64,000 nucleotides of DNA from an uncultured Actinomycetes bacterium (GTDB lineage: Bacteria > Actinomycetota > UBA4738 > HRBIN12), in the NCBI GenBank assembly GCA_963817235.1, contig CAWFNS010000001.1, forward strand, positions 8,595 through 72,594, read 5' to 3'. Numbering within the stretch: position 1 is the first letter of the stretch; every line of letters begins with the position of its first letter. A model generated the notes under the pieces. The model saw nothing but the letters and a program-made list of their open reading frames with translations, did no database searches and was not told the DNA's origin. Below are positions 10,969 through 23,441 of the stretch, in pieces. Both the position numbers and the translations under genes were made by a program.

Positions 10969-11492
10969 GTGCGGATCGAGCAGATCAAGGACCTGATCAG
11001 GGACGTGCCGGACTTCCCCGAGCCGGGGATCGTCTTCAAGGACATCACGCCGGTCCTCGCCGACCCGATGGCGTTCTCCACGATCGTCGACCTGATCGTC
11101 GTGCACTTCGGCCGCGGGAACGTCGACAAGGTCGTCGGCATCGAGGCGCGCGGGTTCATCCTGGGCGCGACCGGTCGCGTACCACTTCGGCGCCGGGCTC
11201 GTGCCCGTCCGCAAGGCCGGGAAGCTCCCCGCCGAGACCCTCGATGAGGAGTACGCGCTCGAGTACGGCACGGCCTCCCTCGAGATCCACAAGGACGCGG
11301 TCAAGCCCGGCGAGCGGGCGCTGATCGTGGACGACGTGCTTGCCACCGGGGGGACGGCGCACGCCGCGACCTCGCTGGTCGAACGGATCGGCGGCGACCG
11401 TGTGCGGCATCGCCTGCCTGATCGAGCTCGACTTCCTGAACGGCCGCTCGAAGCTGGAGGGGCACGACCTCTTCACGCTGATCCACTACTGA
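10969..11492 (+). CDS. apt: adenine phosphoribosyltransferase (frameshifts near 11170 and 11400)
   Basis: [51 protein letters not shown]. Confidence 0.95.
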
Positions 11493-11544
11493 GCCGCCGT
11501 TCGTGACGGCCGGCGCGAGGGCCGGACGTACACTGGCTCTACCG

Positions 11545-13802
11545 ATGGACAGCAAGGAAGAGCTGCAGGTCGAACCGCCCCCGCCGCCCCGACGCGGTGG
11601 CCGGCTCCCGCTGCCGCGCCGGCGCCGGCCGGATCCCCAGGGGCTGGCGCTCGCGCCGCTCCTCAAGAAGGTCCGGAGCTACAACCCGAAGGGCGACATG
11701 CGCCTGCTGGAGCGGGCCTATCGGTTCTCCGAGGAGGCCCACGACGGCCAGTCGCGCCTGTCGGGAGCTCCGTTCATCGAGCACCCGCTCGCGGTCGCCG
11801 AGATCCTCGCCGACCTGCGGCTCGACACCACGACCCTGACCGCCGCGCTCCTGCACGACACGGTCGAGGACACCGACGTCACGCTCGAGGTGATCACCGA
11901 AGCGGTTCGGCGACGACGTCACGCGGATCGTCGACGGCCTCACGAAGCTCGACCGGCTCCAGTTCCGCACCCGCGAGCTGGCGCAGGCCGAGAACGTCCG
12001 CAAGATGATCGTGGCGATGGCCGGCGACATCCGCGTGCTGTTGATCAAGCTGGCCGACCGGCTCCACAACATGCGGACGGTCTCGGCGCTCGCGCCGGCG
12101 AAGCAGACGCGCATGGCCACCGAGACGCTCGAGATCTACGCGCCCCTGGCGAACCGGCTCGGCGTCCAGGAGGTGAAGTGGGAGCTCGAGGACCTGTCGT
12201 TCAAGACGCTCCATCCGGGCCCCTACAAGGAGATCGCGCAGCTGGTCGAGACCCGCCGCGGTGAGCGCCAGAAGCTGATCGAGGAGCTCACGTCGTCGCT
12301 GCGCCAGAAGCTGAAGGAGCTCGGCGTGAAGGCCGAGGTCGAGGGCCGCCCGAAGCACCTGTATTCGATCTACGAGAAGATGGTGATCGGCGGCAAGGAG
12401 TTCGACGAGATCCACGACCTCGTCGGCATCCGCATCCTCGTCGAGTCGACGCGGGACTGTTACGCGGCGCTCGGCGCCGTGCACGCGCTGTGGAAGCCGG
12501 TGCCCGGCCGCTTCAAGGATTACGTGGCGATGCCCAAGTCGAACATGTACCAGTCGCTGCACACCACCGCGGTCGGGCCGCAGGGCAAGCCGCTCGAGAT
12601 CCAGATCCGCACGCGCGACATGCATCGCACGGCCCAGTTCGGCATCGCGGCGCACTGGCGCTACAAGGAAGGCAAGCAGTCGAAGGACGCCGCCGACCTC
12701 GCGTGGCTGGGCCAGATGATGGATTGGCTCAAGGACATGGCCGATCCGCGGGAGTTCATGGAGGGCCTGCGGATCGACCTGTCGGGCGGCCGCGTGTTCG
12801 TGTTCACGCCGAAGGGCGACGTCACGAACCTGCCGCAGGGCGCGACACCCGTCGACTTCGCGTACACGATCCACACGGAGGTCGGGCACCGCACGATCGG
12901 CGCGAAGGTGAACGGCAAGCTCGTCCCGCTCGACTACGAGCTCCGCACCGGTGACTCGGTCGAGGTGCTGACCTCGAAGGCGCAGGGCGAGGGTCCCAGC
13001 CAGGACTGGCTGCAGTTCGTCGCCACGCCGCGCGCGCGCAACAAGATCCGGCAGTGGTTCGCCAGGGGACGGCGCGAGGATGCGCTCGATCAGGGCAAGG
13101 ACCTGCTGCAGCGGCAGATGCGCAAGCAGAACCTGCCGATCAAGCGCTTGGCGACCGAGGAGGCGCTGGAGCAGGTCGCGCAGGACCTGAAGATCCCCGA
13201 CCTCGACGCGCTCTACGTGGCGGTGGGGGAGGGGCACGTGTCGCCGCAGTCCGTGGTCGCCCGCCTCTCGCGGAACGTCTCGGGGACGGAGGGCGGGGAC
13301 GTGACCGACGTGCCGCTCGCGCGGCCGGTCCGGATCCAGCAGACCGACGTCTCGAAGGGCGTCATGGTCAAGGGATCGCCCGATGTCTGGGTCCGGCTCG
13401 GACGCTGCTGCACGCCGGTGCCGGGCGACGCGATCGTCGGGTTCGTGACCCGAGGGCCTCGGCGTCTCGGTCCACCGCGCCGACTGCCCGAACGTGAAGA
13501 CCCTCCGGCGCGAGCCCGAGCGGATGATCGACGTCTCCTGGTCCGAGGGCAAGCCGACGTCGTTCGTGGTGGCGATGCAGGTCGAGGCGCTCGACCGGAC
13601 CCGGCTGCTCTCGGACATCGCGACGGCGCTGTCGGATCAGCACGTGAACATCCTGGCGGCGAACTCCACGACCGGGCGGGACCGCCTCACGCGGCTCCGC
13701 TTCACGTTCGAGCTGGCCGACATCACGCACCTGTCGTCGATCCTGGCGGCGGTCAAGCGCGTCGAGAGCGTGTTCGACGCGTACCGCGTCGTGCCCAGCT
13801 AG
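11545..13802 (+). CDS. relA: bifunctional (p)ppGpp synthetase/hydrolase, long RSH (frameshifts near 11905 and 13455)
   Basis: HD hydrolase motifs (HPLAV, LLHDTVEDT, KLADRLHNMRT), synthetase (GRPKH, YQSLHT, EIQIRT), TGS, CC and ACT domains. Confidence 0.95.
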
Positions 13803-14249
13803 GTGCGGGTCCTCCTGCAGCGCGTCTCGCGCGCGCGGGTGAGCGTGCAGGAGCAGGTCGTCGCCGAGATCGGGCAGGGCTACCTGCTCCTGGTCGGGGT
13901 CGGCCGCGGGGATCCGGATGCGCACGTCGCGAAGCTCGCGGACAAGGTCGCCGGCCTCCGGGTCTTCCCCGACGACGAGGGGAAGGTGAACCGCTCGCTC
14001 GCGGACGTCGGCGGCGAGGCGCTCGTGGTGTCGCAGTTCACGCTGTACGGCGACGTCCGGAAGGGTCGGCGCCCGTCGTGGATCGGCGCCGAGGATCCCG
14101 AGCGCGCCGACGCGATGGTCGAGGCGTTCGCGGTCGCGCTCGAGGGTCACGGGTTCCGGGTCGGCCGGGGCCGCTTCGGCGCACACATGGAGGTGGAGCT
14201 CGTGAACGACGGCCCGTTGACGATGCTGCTCGACGCCGAGGCGATCTGA
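13803..14249 (+). CDS. dtd: D-aminoacyl-tRNA deacylase
   Basis: MRVLLQRV, LRVF, VSQFTL, KGRRPS, NDGP. Confidence 0.96.
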   Translation: MRVLLQRVSRARVSVQEQVVAEIGQGYLLLVGVGRGDPDAHVAKLADKVAGLRVFPDDEGKVNRSLADVGGEALVVSQFTLYGDVRKGRRPSWIGAEDPERADAMVEAFAVALEGHGFRVGRGRFGAHMEVELVNDGPLTMLLDAEAI

Positions 14250-14251
14250 AG

Positions 14252-14632
14252 ATGCGGCGGCGCAGGATCGCCTCGGGCTCGCCGTTCGAGCCGACGATCG
14301 GCTTCAGCCGGGCGCTCCGGGTCGGCGAGCGGGTCCTCGTCTCCGGCACGGCGCCGATCAGCGAGGACGGGTCGGTGGACCCCGACGCCGGCGCGCAGAT
14401 GCGGCGCTGCCTGCAGATCGCCCTCGCGGCGCTGGCCGAGGCCGGCGGTGGCCCCGGAGACGTCGTGCGGACCCGGACCTACCTGGTGGACCGCGCGGAC
14501 GCCGAGGCGGTCGGCGCCGTCCACGGCGAGGTCTTCGGCGCGATCCGCCCGGCCTCGACGATGATCGTCGTCGCGGGACTGCTGGACCCGCGGTGGAAGG
14601 TCGAGATCGAGCTGGAGGCCGAGCTGGGCTGA
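14252..14632 (+). CDS. RidA/YjgF-family protein
   Basis: GFSRALRVG, VSGTAP, DVVRTR, RPAST, VEIELEA. Confidence 0.85.
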   Translation: MRRRRIASGSPFEPTIGFSRALRVGERVLVSGTAPISEDGSVDPDAGAQMRRCLQIALAALAEAGGGPGDVVRTRTYLVDRADAEAVGAVHGEVFGAIRPASTMIVVAGLLDPRWKVEIELEAELG

Positions 14633-14684
14633 GGCGAACGGCCCGGGAAAGCCGCCGGAAGGCGTCCGGTAGCATGGCGCTCCC

Positions 14685-15308
14685 ATGTACCTCGACGTCT
14701 TCGACGCGAACCCCTACGGCACGAACTGCTGGCTGCTGGCCGCCGAGGACGCCGAGGAGGCGGTGGTCGTCGATCCCGGGTTCGCGCCCGCCGCCGTGCA
14801 CGCGCTCCTGGACGCCGCCGGCAAGATCCCCGTCGCCGTCCTGCTGACCCACGCGCACGTCGACCACGCCGGCACGGCGGGCACGTTCGCGGGCGACCTG
14901 CCGATCTACGTCCACCCCGACGACGCCGTGGCGTTCGACGATCCGGTCGCGTGGGGCGGACCGTCCGCCTCGTCCCTCGAGCCGGCGAAGGACGTGCGGC
15001 CGATCGCGGACGGCGAGATCCTCCGGGTCGCGGGCTTCGGCGTCGAGGTCCTGCACACCCCCGGCCACACGCCCGGCCACTGCTGTTTCCGCATCGACGA
15101 CGACGTGCTCGTGTTCTCCGGCGACCTCGTCTTCGCCGGGACGATCGGGCGTTCGGACTTCGCGAACTCCGATCCCCGGGCGATGCGCGAGAGCCTCCTG
15201 CGGTTCCTGCGGCTCCCGGACGAGCTGCGGACCCTGCCGGGGCACGGCCCGGAGACCACGGTGGGCATCGAGCGGCGATCGAACCCGTTCCTCGTGGAGC
15301 TCGGCTGA
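14685..15308 (+). CDS. metallo-beta-lactamase-fold hydrolase (glyoxalase II-like)
   Basis: THAHVDH, HTPGHTPGH, FSGD, PGHG; usual neighbour of hisS. Confidence 0.92.
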   Translation: MYLDVFDANPYGTNCWLLAAEDAEEAVVVDPGFAPAAVHALLDAAGKIPVAVLLTHAHVDHAGTAGTFAGDLPIYVHPDDAVAFDDPVAWGGPSASSLEPAKDVRPIADGEILRVAGFGVEVLHTPGHTPGHCCFRIDDDVLVFSGDLVFAGTIGRSDFANSDPRAMRESLLRFLRLPDELRTLPGHGPETTVGIERRSNPFLVELG

Positions 15309-16585
15309 TGGACCTCGCGCCGCCGCGCGGCACGCATGACCTCCTCCCGCCGGCCGGGGGGCAGATGCGCGCGCTCTACGACCGTGCGGCGGCGATCGCC
15401 CGCCTGTACGGCTACCGCTACGTCGAGACGCCCGGCTTCGAGTCCTCGGAGCTCTTCGAGCGGACCTCCGGGGCGACGAGCGACGTGGTCTCGAAGGAGA
15501 TGTACTCGTTCCGCGATCGCGGGCGATCGGCCGTTGACGCTGCGTCCGGAGGGGACGGCGCCCCTCATGCGCGCGTACCTGCACCGGATCCACGACCTCG
15601 GCTCCCCGCTCAAGGCCTACTACCTGGGCCGGATGTACCGGTACGCGCGACCGCAGGCCGGCCGCTTGCGGGAGCACCGGCAGTTCGGCGTCGAGGTCTT
15701 CGGCGAGGCCGAACCGGCCGCCGACGTCGAGGTGATCGTGCTCGGCGACCGCTTCCTCCGCGATCTGGGGCTGCGGCGCTACGAGATCCAGATCAACTCG
15801 ATCGGGGACGACACGTGCCGGCCGGCCTACCGCGAGGAGCTGGTGGCCTTCCTCGAGGCGAACCGCGACCGGCTCCGCGACGAGCACAAGGACCGGTTCC
15901 GCGAGAACCCCCTGCGGGTCCTCGACTGCAAGGACGAGGCGTGCCGGGCGGTCGCGGCCGAGGCGCCGCGCATCATCGACCGGCTCTGCGAACCGTGCCG
16001 CGAGCACTTCGCGCAGGTGCTCGCGGGGCTGGAGGAGGCGGGGCTGAAGCCGGTCGTGACGCCGACCCTCGTGCGCGGCCTCGACTACTACACGCGCACC
16101 GCCTTCGAGTTCGTGAGCGACGCGCTCGCGGAGGGCGCCTCCGCGCAGCAGTCGACGCTGTTCGGCGGCGGCCGCTACGACGGGCTGGCCGAGGCGCTCG
16201 GCGGACCGCGCGTGCCGGGCATCGGGTTCGGCATGGGCCTGGAGCGCGTCGCGCTCGCGATCCGCGACGAGGGGCTCTCGGCGCCGGAGGAGCCCGGCCT
16301 GCGGGCGTTCGTCGTGACGATCGGTGAGCCCGCGCGCGAGCTCGGCCGCCGGCTCGTCGGCGACCTGCGTGCCGCCGGGGTGTCGGCGCGGAGATGCCGT
16401 TCGCCGAGCGGCCGTTGAAGGCGCAGCTGAAGATGGCCGACCGCGCCGGGGCGGCGTACGCGGCGATCATCGGCGAGCGCGAGGCCGCGGACGGCACCGT
16501 GACGCTGAAGCGGCTCGACGACGGAGAACAGGACACGGTGCCGATCGGCGAGGCGGGCGCACGCTTGCGGGAGGGCGCGGCATGA
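15308..16585 (+). CDS. hisS: histidine--tRNA ligase (frameshifts near 15530 and 16390)
   Basis: PRGTHD, KEMY, LRPEGTA, RPQAGR.REHRQFG, VRGLDYYTRT, GGGRYDGL. Confidence 0.95.
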
Positions 16586-18376
16586 CCGCGGGCTCACCGA
16601 TGCGCACCGCGATGCGCTCGCACACGTGCGGCGAGCTCCGCGCGTCCGACGTCGGCGAGCGCGGTCGCGCTCTGCGGCTGGATCGCGCACCGCCGCGACC
16701 ACGGCGGGGTGACGTTCATCGACCTCCGCGACCGGGAGGGGGTGACCCAGGTCGTGTTCCACCCGGAGGACGCCCCGACGGCACACGCTGCGGCGCAAGA
16801 ACTCCGGGGTGAATGGGTCGTGCGGATCCAGGGGGCCGTCCGCGCGAGGCCCGACGGGATGGCGAACCCGGCGCTGGCCACCGGCGAGATCGAGGTGGCC
16901 GCCGCCGCGCTCGAGGTGCTGAACCGCGCCGAGACGCCACCGTTCGTGATCGAGGATCGGATCGAGGCCGACGAGCAGCTGCGCTTGCAGTACCGCTACC
17001 TCGACCTGCGCCGTCCCGAGATGACGCGGATCCTGCGGCTGCGCGCCGACGTGAACCGGATCATGCGCGAGCACATGGACGCGCCTCGGCTTCCTCGAGG
17101 TGGAGACGCCGATCCTCACGCGCTCGACGCCGGAGGGGGCGCGCGACTTCCTCGTGCCCTCACGGATGTTCCCCGGCACCTTCTACGCGCTGCCGCAGTC
17201 GCCGCAGCAGCTGAAACAGCTGCTTGATGGTCGGCGGCCAGGACCGCTACTACCAGATCGTGCGGTGCCTGCGCGACGAGACGGACGACCGCCGACCGGG
17301 GCCTCGAGTTCACGCAGCTCGACGTCGAGATGTCCTTCGCCGACGAGGACGATCTCTTCGCCGTGATCGAGCCCCTGTACGCGCGGATCATCGCGGAGAC
17401 CCAGGGCGTCGAGGTGCCCACGCCCTTCCGGCGCATGACGTTCGACGAGATGCTCGACCGCTTCGGCTCGGACAAGCCCGACCTCCGCTACGGCATGGAG
17501 CTCGTCACGCTGACCGACCTGTTCGTCGGATCCGGCTTCAACGCGTTCGCGGCGGTCGCGGACGGCGACGGCGCGATCAAGGCGCTCTCGGCGCCCGGCG
17601 GCGCGGGGCTGTCCCGCAAGGAGCTCGACAAGCTCGTCGAGGACGCGAAGGGGCGCGGCGCGGCTGGGCTCGTGTGGATCGCGGTGGAGGAGGACGGCCT
17701 GCTTCGCTCACCGGTCGAGAAGTTCCTCGGCGACGAGGAGAAGGCCGGCATCCTCGCGCGGACCGGGGCAGGGCCCGGCGATCTGATCTGCATCGTGGCC
17801 GACCGCGTCGACCGCGTGCACGTCGCGCTCGACGGGCTGCGGCGCGAGCTCGCGGTCCGGCTCGACCAGATCCCCGAGGGCCGGTGGGAGTACTGCTGGT
17901 ACGTCGAGCCGCCGCTGTTCGAGTGGAGCGACGACGAGGGGAAGTGGGTCTCGAACCACCATCCGTTCACCGAGCCGCTCACCGACGACCTCGATCCGGC
18001 GACCGCGAAGGCCCGGGCCTTCGACCTGGTCCTCAATGGGTTCGAGGTGGGCGGCGGCTCGATGAGGATCCATCGCCCCGACGTGCAGGAGCGCGTCTTC
18101 GAGGTGCTGGGCCTGACGCACGAGGAGATCGAGGAGAAGTTCGGGCACCTGCTCCGGGCGTTCCGGTACGGGGCGCCGCCCCACGGCGGCATCGCGATGG
18201 GCGTGGACCGGCTGGTCATGCTGCTCGCAGGGAAGGACGCGATCCGCGACGTGACGGCGTTCCCGAAGGCGCAGTCGGGGGCGGATCCGTTGACGGGCGG
18301 GCCGGCGCCGGTCGATGCGCGGCAGCTCGCCGAGCTGGGGATCCGTGTGGTCACGCCACCGAAGGAGGACGCATGA
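16582..18376 (+). CDS. aspS: aspartate--tRNA ligase, probably non-discriminating Asp/Asn type (about 4 frameshifts)
   Basis: [15 protein letters not shown] (His typical of non-discriminating AspRS), [45 protein letters not shown]. Confidence 0.93.
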
Positions 18377-18771
18377 GCGACGGGCTGAGCGCAGAGGACA
18401 TCGCGCTGCTGCGAGGCGAGAACTACGGCTACCTCGTGACGCTGAACGCGGACGGCACGCCCCAGGTGACCGTCACGTGGGTCGACGCGTCCGACGACGG
18501 CCACGTCCTGATCAACTCGGCCGCGGGCAGGCGCAAGGACCGGAACATGCGACGCGACCCGCGCGTGGCGGTCTCGGTGCCGCGCGGGGGGGACCCCTAC
18601 GACTGGACCTCGATCAACGGCACGGTCGAGGAGCTGATCGAGGGGGACGAGGCGCTCGCGCACATCGATACGCTCAGCCGCCGCTACGACCACGAGCCGT
18701 GGACCCCCACCGAGGGCCAGGTGCGCGTGATCTACCGGATCCGGCCCGACCGCGTCCACCGGTACCGATGA
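18373..18771 (+). CDS. PPOX-class F420-dependent (split-barrel) oxidoreductase
   Basis: LVTLNADGTPQ..TW, K.RNMRRDPRVAVS motifs. Confidence 0.85.
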   Translation: MSDGLSAEDIALLRGENYGYLVTLNADGTPQVTVTWVDASDDGHVLINSAAGRRKDRNMRRDPRVAVSVPRGGDPYDWTSINGTVEELIEGDEALAHIDTLSRRYDHEPWTPTEGQVRVIYRIRPDRVHRYR

Positions 18772-18775
18772 GCGG

Positions 18776-20053
18776 ATGAGCGAGCAGCCGCTCGCCGCGC
18801 GGATGCGCCCGCGCGAGCCCGCGGAGTTCGTCGGGCAGACGCACCTCGTCGGTCCCGGCCGCGCACTCACGAAGCTGATCGAACGAGGCGCCCTGCCGTC
18901 GCTGATCCTCTGGGGGCCGGCCGGCACGGGGAAGACCACCCTCGCGCACCTGCTGGCCGATGCGGTCGGCGCGCAGTTCACGCAGCTGTCCGCGGTCAAC
19001 AGCGGCGTCGCCGACGCCCGCAAGGTGATGGACGGCGCGCGCGGCGGCCTGTTCAAGACGATCCTGTTCGTCGACGAGGTGCATCGCTGGTCGAAAGCGC
19101 AGCAGGACGTGCTGCTGCCGGCGGTCGAGGACGGCACCGTCACGCTGATCGGCGCCACCACCGAGAACCCGTACTTCTCGTTGAACACGCCGCTGCTGTC
19201 CCGGTGCATCCTGATGCGCCTCGAGCCGCTCGCGCCCGAGGACCTGGCCGCGCTGATCCACCGGGCGCTCGCCGACGAGGACCGCGGGCTGGGCGCGCTG
19301 CATCTGGAGATCGACGCCGACGCGCTGCGAGCACCTCGTGACGGTCGCCGGCGGCGACGCCCGGATCGCGTTGACCGGCCTCGAGGCCTCGGCCCTGGCG
19401 GCGGAGGCCGCGGGCGAGACGACGATCACGCTCGCATCGGTGTCCGACGCCGTGCAGCGGACGGCCGTCGTCTACGACCGGCAGGGCGACGCGCACTACG
19501 ACGTGATCAGCGCGTTCATCAAGTCGATCCGGGGCTCCGACGCCGACGCGGCGTTGTTCTGGTTGGCGAGGATGGTGGAGGCGGGCGAGGATCCGCGCTT
19601 CATCGCCCGGCGGCTGATCGTCCACGCGTCCGAGGACGTCGGGATGGCGGACAGCCGCGCGCTGCTCGTCGCGGTCGCGGCCGCGCAGGCCGTCGAGCAC
19701 GTCGGGCTCCCCGAAGCGAGGATCAACCTCGCACACGCCACGATCTACCTGGCGCGCGCGCCGAAGTCGAACAGCGTGATCGCGGCGATCGGCGCCGCGC
19801 AGGCAGGACGCGGTCTCGGCCGATCCGGTGCCGACGCACCTGCGCGACGCCTCCTACCCGGGGGCGAAGCGCCTGGGGCACGGGAAGGGCTACGTCTACC
19901 CGCACGACCGGCCCGGGCACTGGGCCGAGCAGGAGTACCGGCCTGCCCGCTACGAGGGCACGCGCTACTACACAGCCGAGCGGCATGGGCGAGGACACCG
20001 AGGCATGGGCCCCCGGGGCGGGCCCTTCCCGGCCGGAGGCCGGGACCCGGTAG
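18776..20053 (+). CDS. rarA: replication-associated recombination protein A (about 3 frameshifts)
   Basis: [59 protein letters not shown]. Confidence 0.93.
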   Translation: MSEQPLAARMRPREPAEFVGQTHLVGPGRALTKLIERGALPSLILWGPAGTGKTTLAHLLADAVGAQFTQLSAVNSGVADARKVMDGARGGLFKTILFVDEVHRWSKAQQDVLLPAVEDGTVTLIGATTENPYFSLNTPLLSRCILMRLEPLAPEDLAALIHRALADEDRGLGALHLEIDADALRAPRDGRRRRRPDRVDRPRGLGPGGGGRGRDDDHARIGVRRRAADGRRLRPAGRRALRRDQRVHQVDPGLRRRRGVVLVGEDGGGGRGSALHRPAADRPRVRGRRDGGQPRAARRGRGRAGRRARRAPRSEDQPRTRHDLPGARAEVEQRDRGDRRRAGRTRSRPIRCRRTCATPPTRGRSAWGTGRATSTRTTGPGTGPSRSTGLPATRARATTQPSGMGEDTEAWAPGAGPSRPEAGTR

Positions 20054-20113
20054 GCTAGCGACGCCGGCTGTTCCGGACCTCGACACCGTTCGACCCTGGG
20101 AGGGGCTTCGATC

Positions 20114-20536
20114 ATGACCGTTCTCGCGACCACCGGCGGCGACTGGGCGCTGATCGTCCTCGCCGCCTTCTGGGGTCTGCTCGTGTGCTTCCTCTGCATC
20201 GTGCTGTTCCGGACCTCGAGCGTCCTGGAGAGCACGAAGATGACGATCGACGAGCTCCGCGCCGAGACCGTGCCGCTGCTGCGGGAGGTCAAGTCCTCCG
20301 TCGAGCGCCTGAACCGCGAGATCGACCGCGTGGACGTGGTGCTCGAGTCCACCGGGACGATCGTGGGTCGCGTCGAGAAGCTCTCGGGCCTGATGGAGGA
20401 GGCCGCGGGGAGCCCGCTCGTGAAGCTCATCAGCTTCGGGGCGGGGCTGCGCCAGGGCGTCTCGAAGGCCGGCAAGGGCAGGGGCAAAGGCTCCGGCGGC
20501 GGGCGCTCCGGCAAGAGGTCCGGGAAGCGACGCTAG
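20114..20536 (+). CDS. DUF948 (YoxC-like) membrane-anchored coiled-coil protein
   Basis: N-terminal TM followed by a heptad-rich region; conserved position before alaS in actinobacteria. Confidence 0.7.
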   Translation: MTVLATTGGDWALIVLAAFWGLLVCFLCIVLFRTSSVLESTKMTIDELRAETVPLLREVKSSVERLNREIDRVDVVLESTGTIVGRVEKLSGLMEEAAGSPLVKLISFGAGLRQGVSKAGKGRGKGSGGGRSGKRSGKRR

Positions 20537-20785
20537 GTGCGCCGGCTCTTCTGGCTCGCGGTCGGCGTCGGGTTCGGCGCGATGAGCGCGGTGCTGGCGT
20601 CCCGATGGACCCGCAAGCAGGTGCACCGAGCCTCGCCGCAGGCGATCGCCCGGGAGGCGCGCGGCGGCATCCTCGACCTCACGAAACTCGTCAGCGAGTC
20701 GGTCGACGAGGGCAAGCGCGCGATGGACGCGCGCGAACGCGAGCTGCGCTCGAAGCACGACGTGCCCGGCCCGGGCGCCGCCTGA
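20537..20785 (+). CDS. small membrane-anchored protein (DUF6167-like)
   Basis: MRRLFWLAVG..G N-terminus and REREL C-terminus, as in the small gene that follows DUF948. Confidence 0.65.
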   Translation: MRRLFWLAVGVGFGAMSAVLASRWTRKQVHRASPQAIAREARGGILDLTKLVSESVDEGKRAMDARERELRSKHDVPGPGAA

Positions 20786-20806
20786 CCCGCCGGTAGACTC
20801 CTCGCC

Positions 20807-23441
20807 GTGGAGGGCAGCCGGATCCGCGAAGCGTTCCTCGCGTTCTTCGAAGCGCGCGATCACGCACGCGTGCGGTCCTCGTCGTTGATCCCGCCGCCGG
20901 AGTCGGGCCTGCTCCTGACGAACGCCGGGATGAACCAGTTCATCCCGTACTTCCTCGGCCAGGCCGAGCCGCCGTACCGTCGCGCGGTCACGTCGCAGAA
21001 GGTGATGCGGACCAACGACATCGAGAACGTCGGGCGGGACGCCCGCCACCTCACGTTCTTCGAGATGCTCGGCAACTTCTCGTTCGCGGACTACTTCAAG
21101 GCCGACGCGATCGCCTGGGCGCACGAGCTCATCACCGAGGTCTACGGCATCGAGCACGACCGGCTGTGGGTGACCGTCTACGAGGACGACGACGAGGCCG
21201 CGGACGCCTGGGTCGACGGGGTCGGGGTCGCGCCCGGGCGGATCGTCCGGCGCGGCAAGCTCGACGCCCAGGGCGAGCCGGCGAACTACTGGCACACGCA
21301 CGCGGCCGGACCAGCGGGGCCGTGCAGCGAGATCTTCGTCGATCGCGGGGCCGCCCTCGGGCCCGAGGGCGGCCCGGACGTAGACGAAGAGCGGTTCATG
21401 GAGATCTGGAACCTCGTGTTCATCCAGGACCGGATCGACGGCGACCTGCGGTTCGTCGAACCGCTCCCGGCGAAGAACGTGGACACGGGGTCCTGCCTGG
21501 AGCGCGTCGCGATGCTGCTCCAGGGGGTCGACAACGTCTTCGAGACGGACCTGCTCCGGCCGGTCCTCGAGGTGGGCGAGCGCCGGTCGGGGCGGACGCA
21601 CGGCGCCGACCCGCGCGACGACGCCTCGCTGAAGATCATCGCCGAGCACGGCCGCGCAGCCACGTTCCTGATCGCCGACGGGGTGCAGCCGGCGAACGAG
21701 GGTCGTGGCTACATCCTGCGCCGCATGCTCCGGCGCGTGGTCTCGCACGCCCGACGGCTGGGGATCGAGGGCGGGATCCTCGACGACGTGATCACGACCG
21801 TCACCGATCTGTTCGGCGAGACGTACCCCGAACTCCGGGAGAACGAGGCCTTCATCCGCCAGGTCGCGGACTCGGAGGAGGCCCGGTTCTCGGCGACGCT
21901 CAAGCAGGGCCTCGTCCAGTTCGAGCGTGCGAGGGATCGCGCCGTCGATCGCCGGATCTCGGGTGAGGACGCGTTCAAGCTGCACGACACGCACGGGTTC
22001 CCGATCGAGCTGCTCGAGGAGATCGCGGCCGGCGAAGGGCTGACGGTCGACACCGACGGGTTCGCGGCGCTGCTCCAGGAGCAGCGGGAGCGCGCGCGCA
22101 AGGCCGCGAAGAAGATCGCGATCGGCCTCGACGCGGGCGCGGTCCCGCCGAGCGAGTTCGTTGGCTACACCGACCTCGAGGCCGGCTCGCCGGTCGCCCT
22201 GCTGCTCGGCGACGACGATGCGGTCCTCGACGCGGCGGAGGAGGGCGAGCCGGTCCGCGTCGTCCTGGACCGGACGCCGTTCTACGCCGAGGGCGGCGGA
22301 CAGGTCGGCGACCGGGGCACGATCCGCACCGACACCGGATCGATCCGGGTCCTCGACACGCAGCCGGCCGGCGAGCACGCGATCGTGCACGCCGGCGTGG
22401 TCGAGACCGGCGAGGTCCGGGCCGGGCAGGACGCGTTCGCGCAGGTCGACGGCGAACGTCGCGAGGCGACGGCGCGCGCGCACACCTCGACCCACGTCGT
22501 GCACTGGACGTTGAAGCACCTGCTCGGCGAGCACGCGCGGCAGGCGGGCTCGCTCGTGGAGCCGGGCCGGCTCCGCTTCGACTTCCCGAACCCGGGGCCG
22601 GTGCCGCCCGAGACGCTGGAGGCGGCGGAGCTCGAGGCGAACCGACACCTGGCCGACGACGACGCCGTGACCGCGTTCGAGACGACGCTGGACGAGGCGC
22701 GGTCGCTCGGGGCGGTGGCGCTGTTCGGCGAGAAGTACGGAACCATCGTGCGCGTCGTCGAGATCGGGGACTACTCGCGGGAGCTGTGCGGCGGGACGCA
22801 CGTGCACCGCACCGGCAGCGTCGCGGTCCTGCGGTTGCTGCACGAGGGCTCGATCGGCGCCGGCATGCGGCGCGTGGAGGCGGTCGTCGGGCCGGACGCG
22901 CTCCGCGAGATCAACGCCGAGCGCGCGCTGCTGCGCGACCTCGTGACGGCGCTCGAGTCGAAGGATCCCCGCGGCGCGCTCGACCGCGCGCGCCGGGTGG
23001 TCGAGGAGAACAAGCGGCTCCGAAGCCAGCTCGGGAAGCTCCGCGCCGGCGACCGCGACTCGCTGATCGCGTCGCTCGCCGAGGGAGCCCACGACGTCGA
23101 CGGGGTCGCGCTCGTCGTCTCGGAGGTGCCCGGCGAGGATCCGAGCGGGTTGCGGGAGCTCGCCCAGAAGGTCCGGGACAAGCTCGCGGCGCGGCCCGCC
23201 GCGGTCGTGGTCGGCAACGGTGACGGCGGCAAAGCGATGCTGGTCGCCGCGGCGACCCAGGGTGCCGTGGCGCTGGGCGTGACCGCGCCGGCGTTGCTGG
23301 AGCCCGCCGCGAAGGCGATCGGCGGCGGCGCAGGGGGCAAGGACATCCTGGCGAACGCCGGTGGGAAGGATCCCGCGGCCGTCGGCCGCGCGCTCGGGCT
23401 GGTGCCGGCGCGCCTGCGCGAGCTGCTCGGCGCGCGCATGA
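20807..23441 (+). CDS. alaS: alanine--tRNA ligase (3' end uncertain; as sequenced it reads in frame into ruvX)
   Basis: LLTNAGMNQF, HLTFFEMLGNFS, EIWNLVF, NVDTG, GRGYILRR, TPFYAEGGGQVGD, HTSTH, ELCGGTH, GGGAGG. Confidence 0.96.

Noticed and set aside
12005-14632. 875-aa Rel-RidA chimeric ORF
   Set aside because: The frame leaves Rel at the indel near 13455, crosses dtd out of frame and joins ridA. Rel's ACT domain and stop lie in another frame ending at 13802.
16582-18376. Pseudogene or programmed-frameshift calls for aspS, hisS, carB, pilB and others
   Set aside because: Shifts are scattered with no slippery-site or stimulator pattern and hit essential genes; sequencing error is the simpler explanation.
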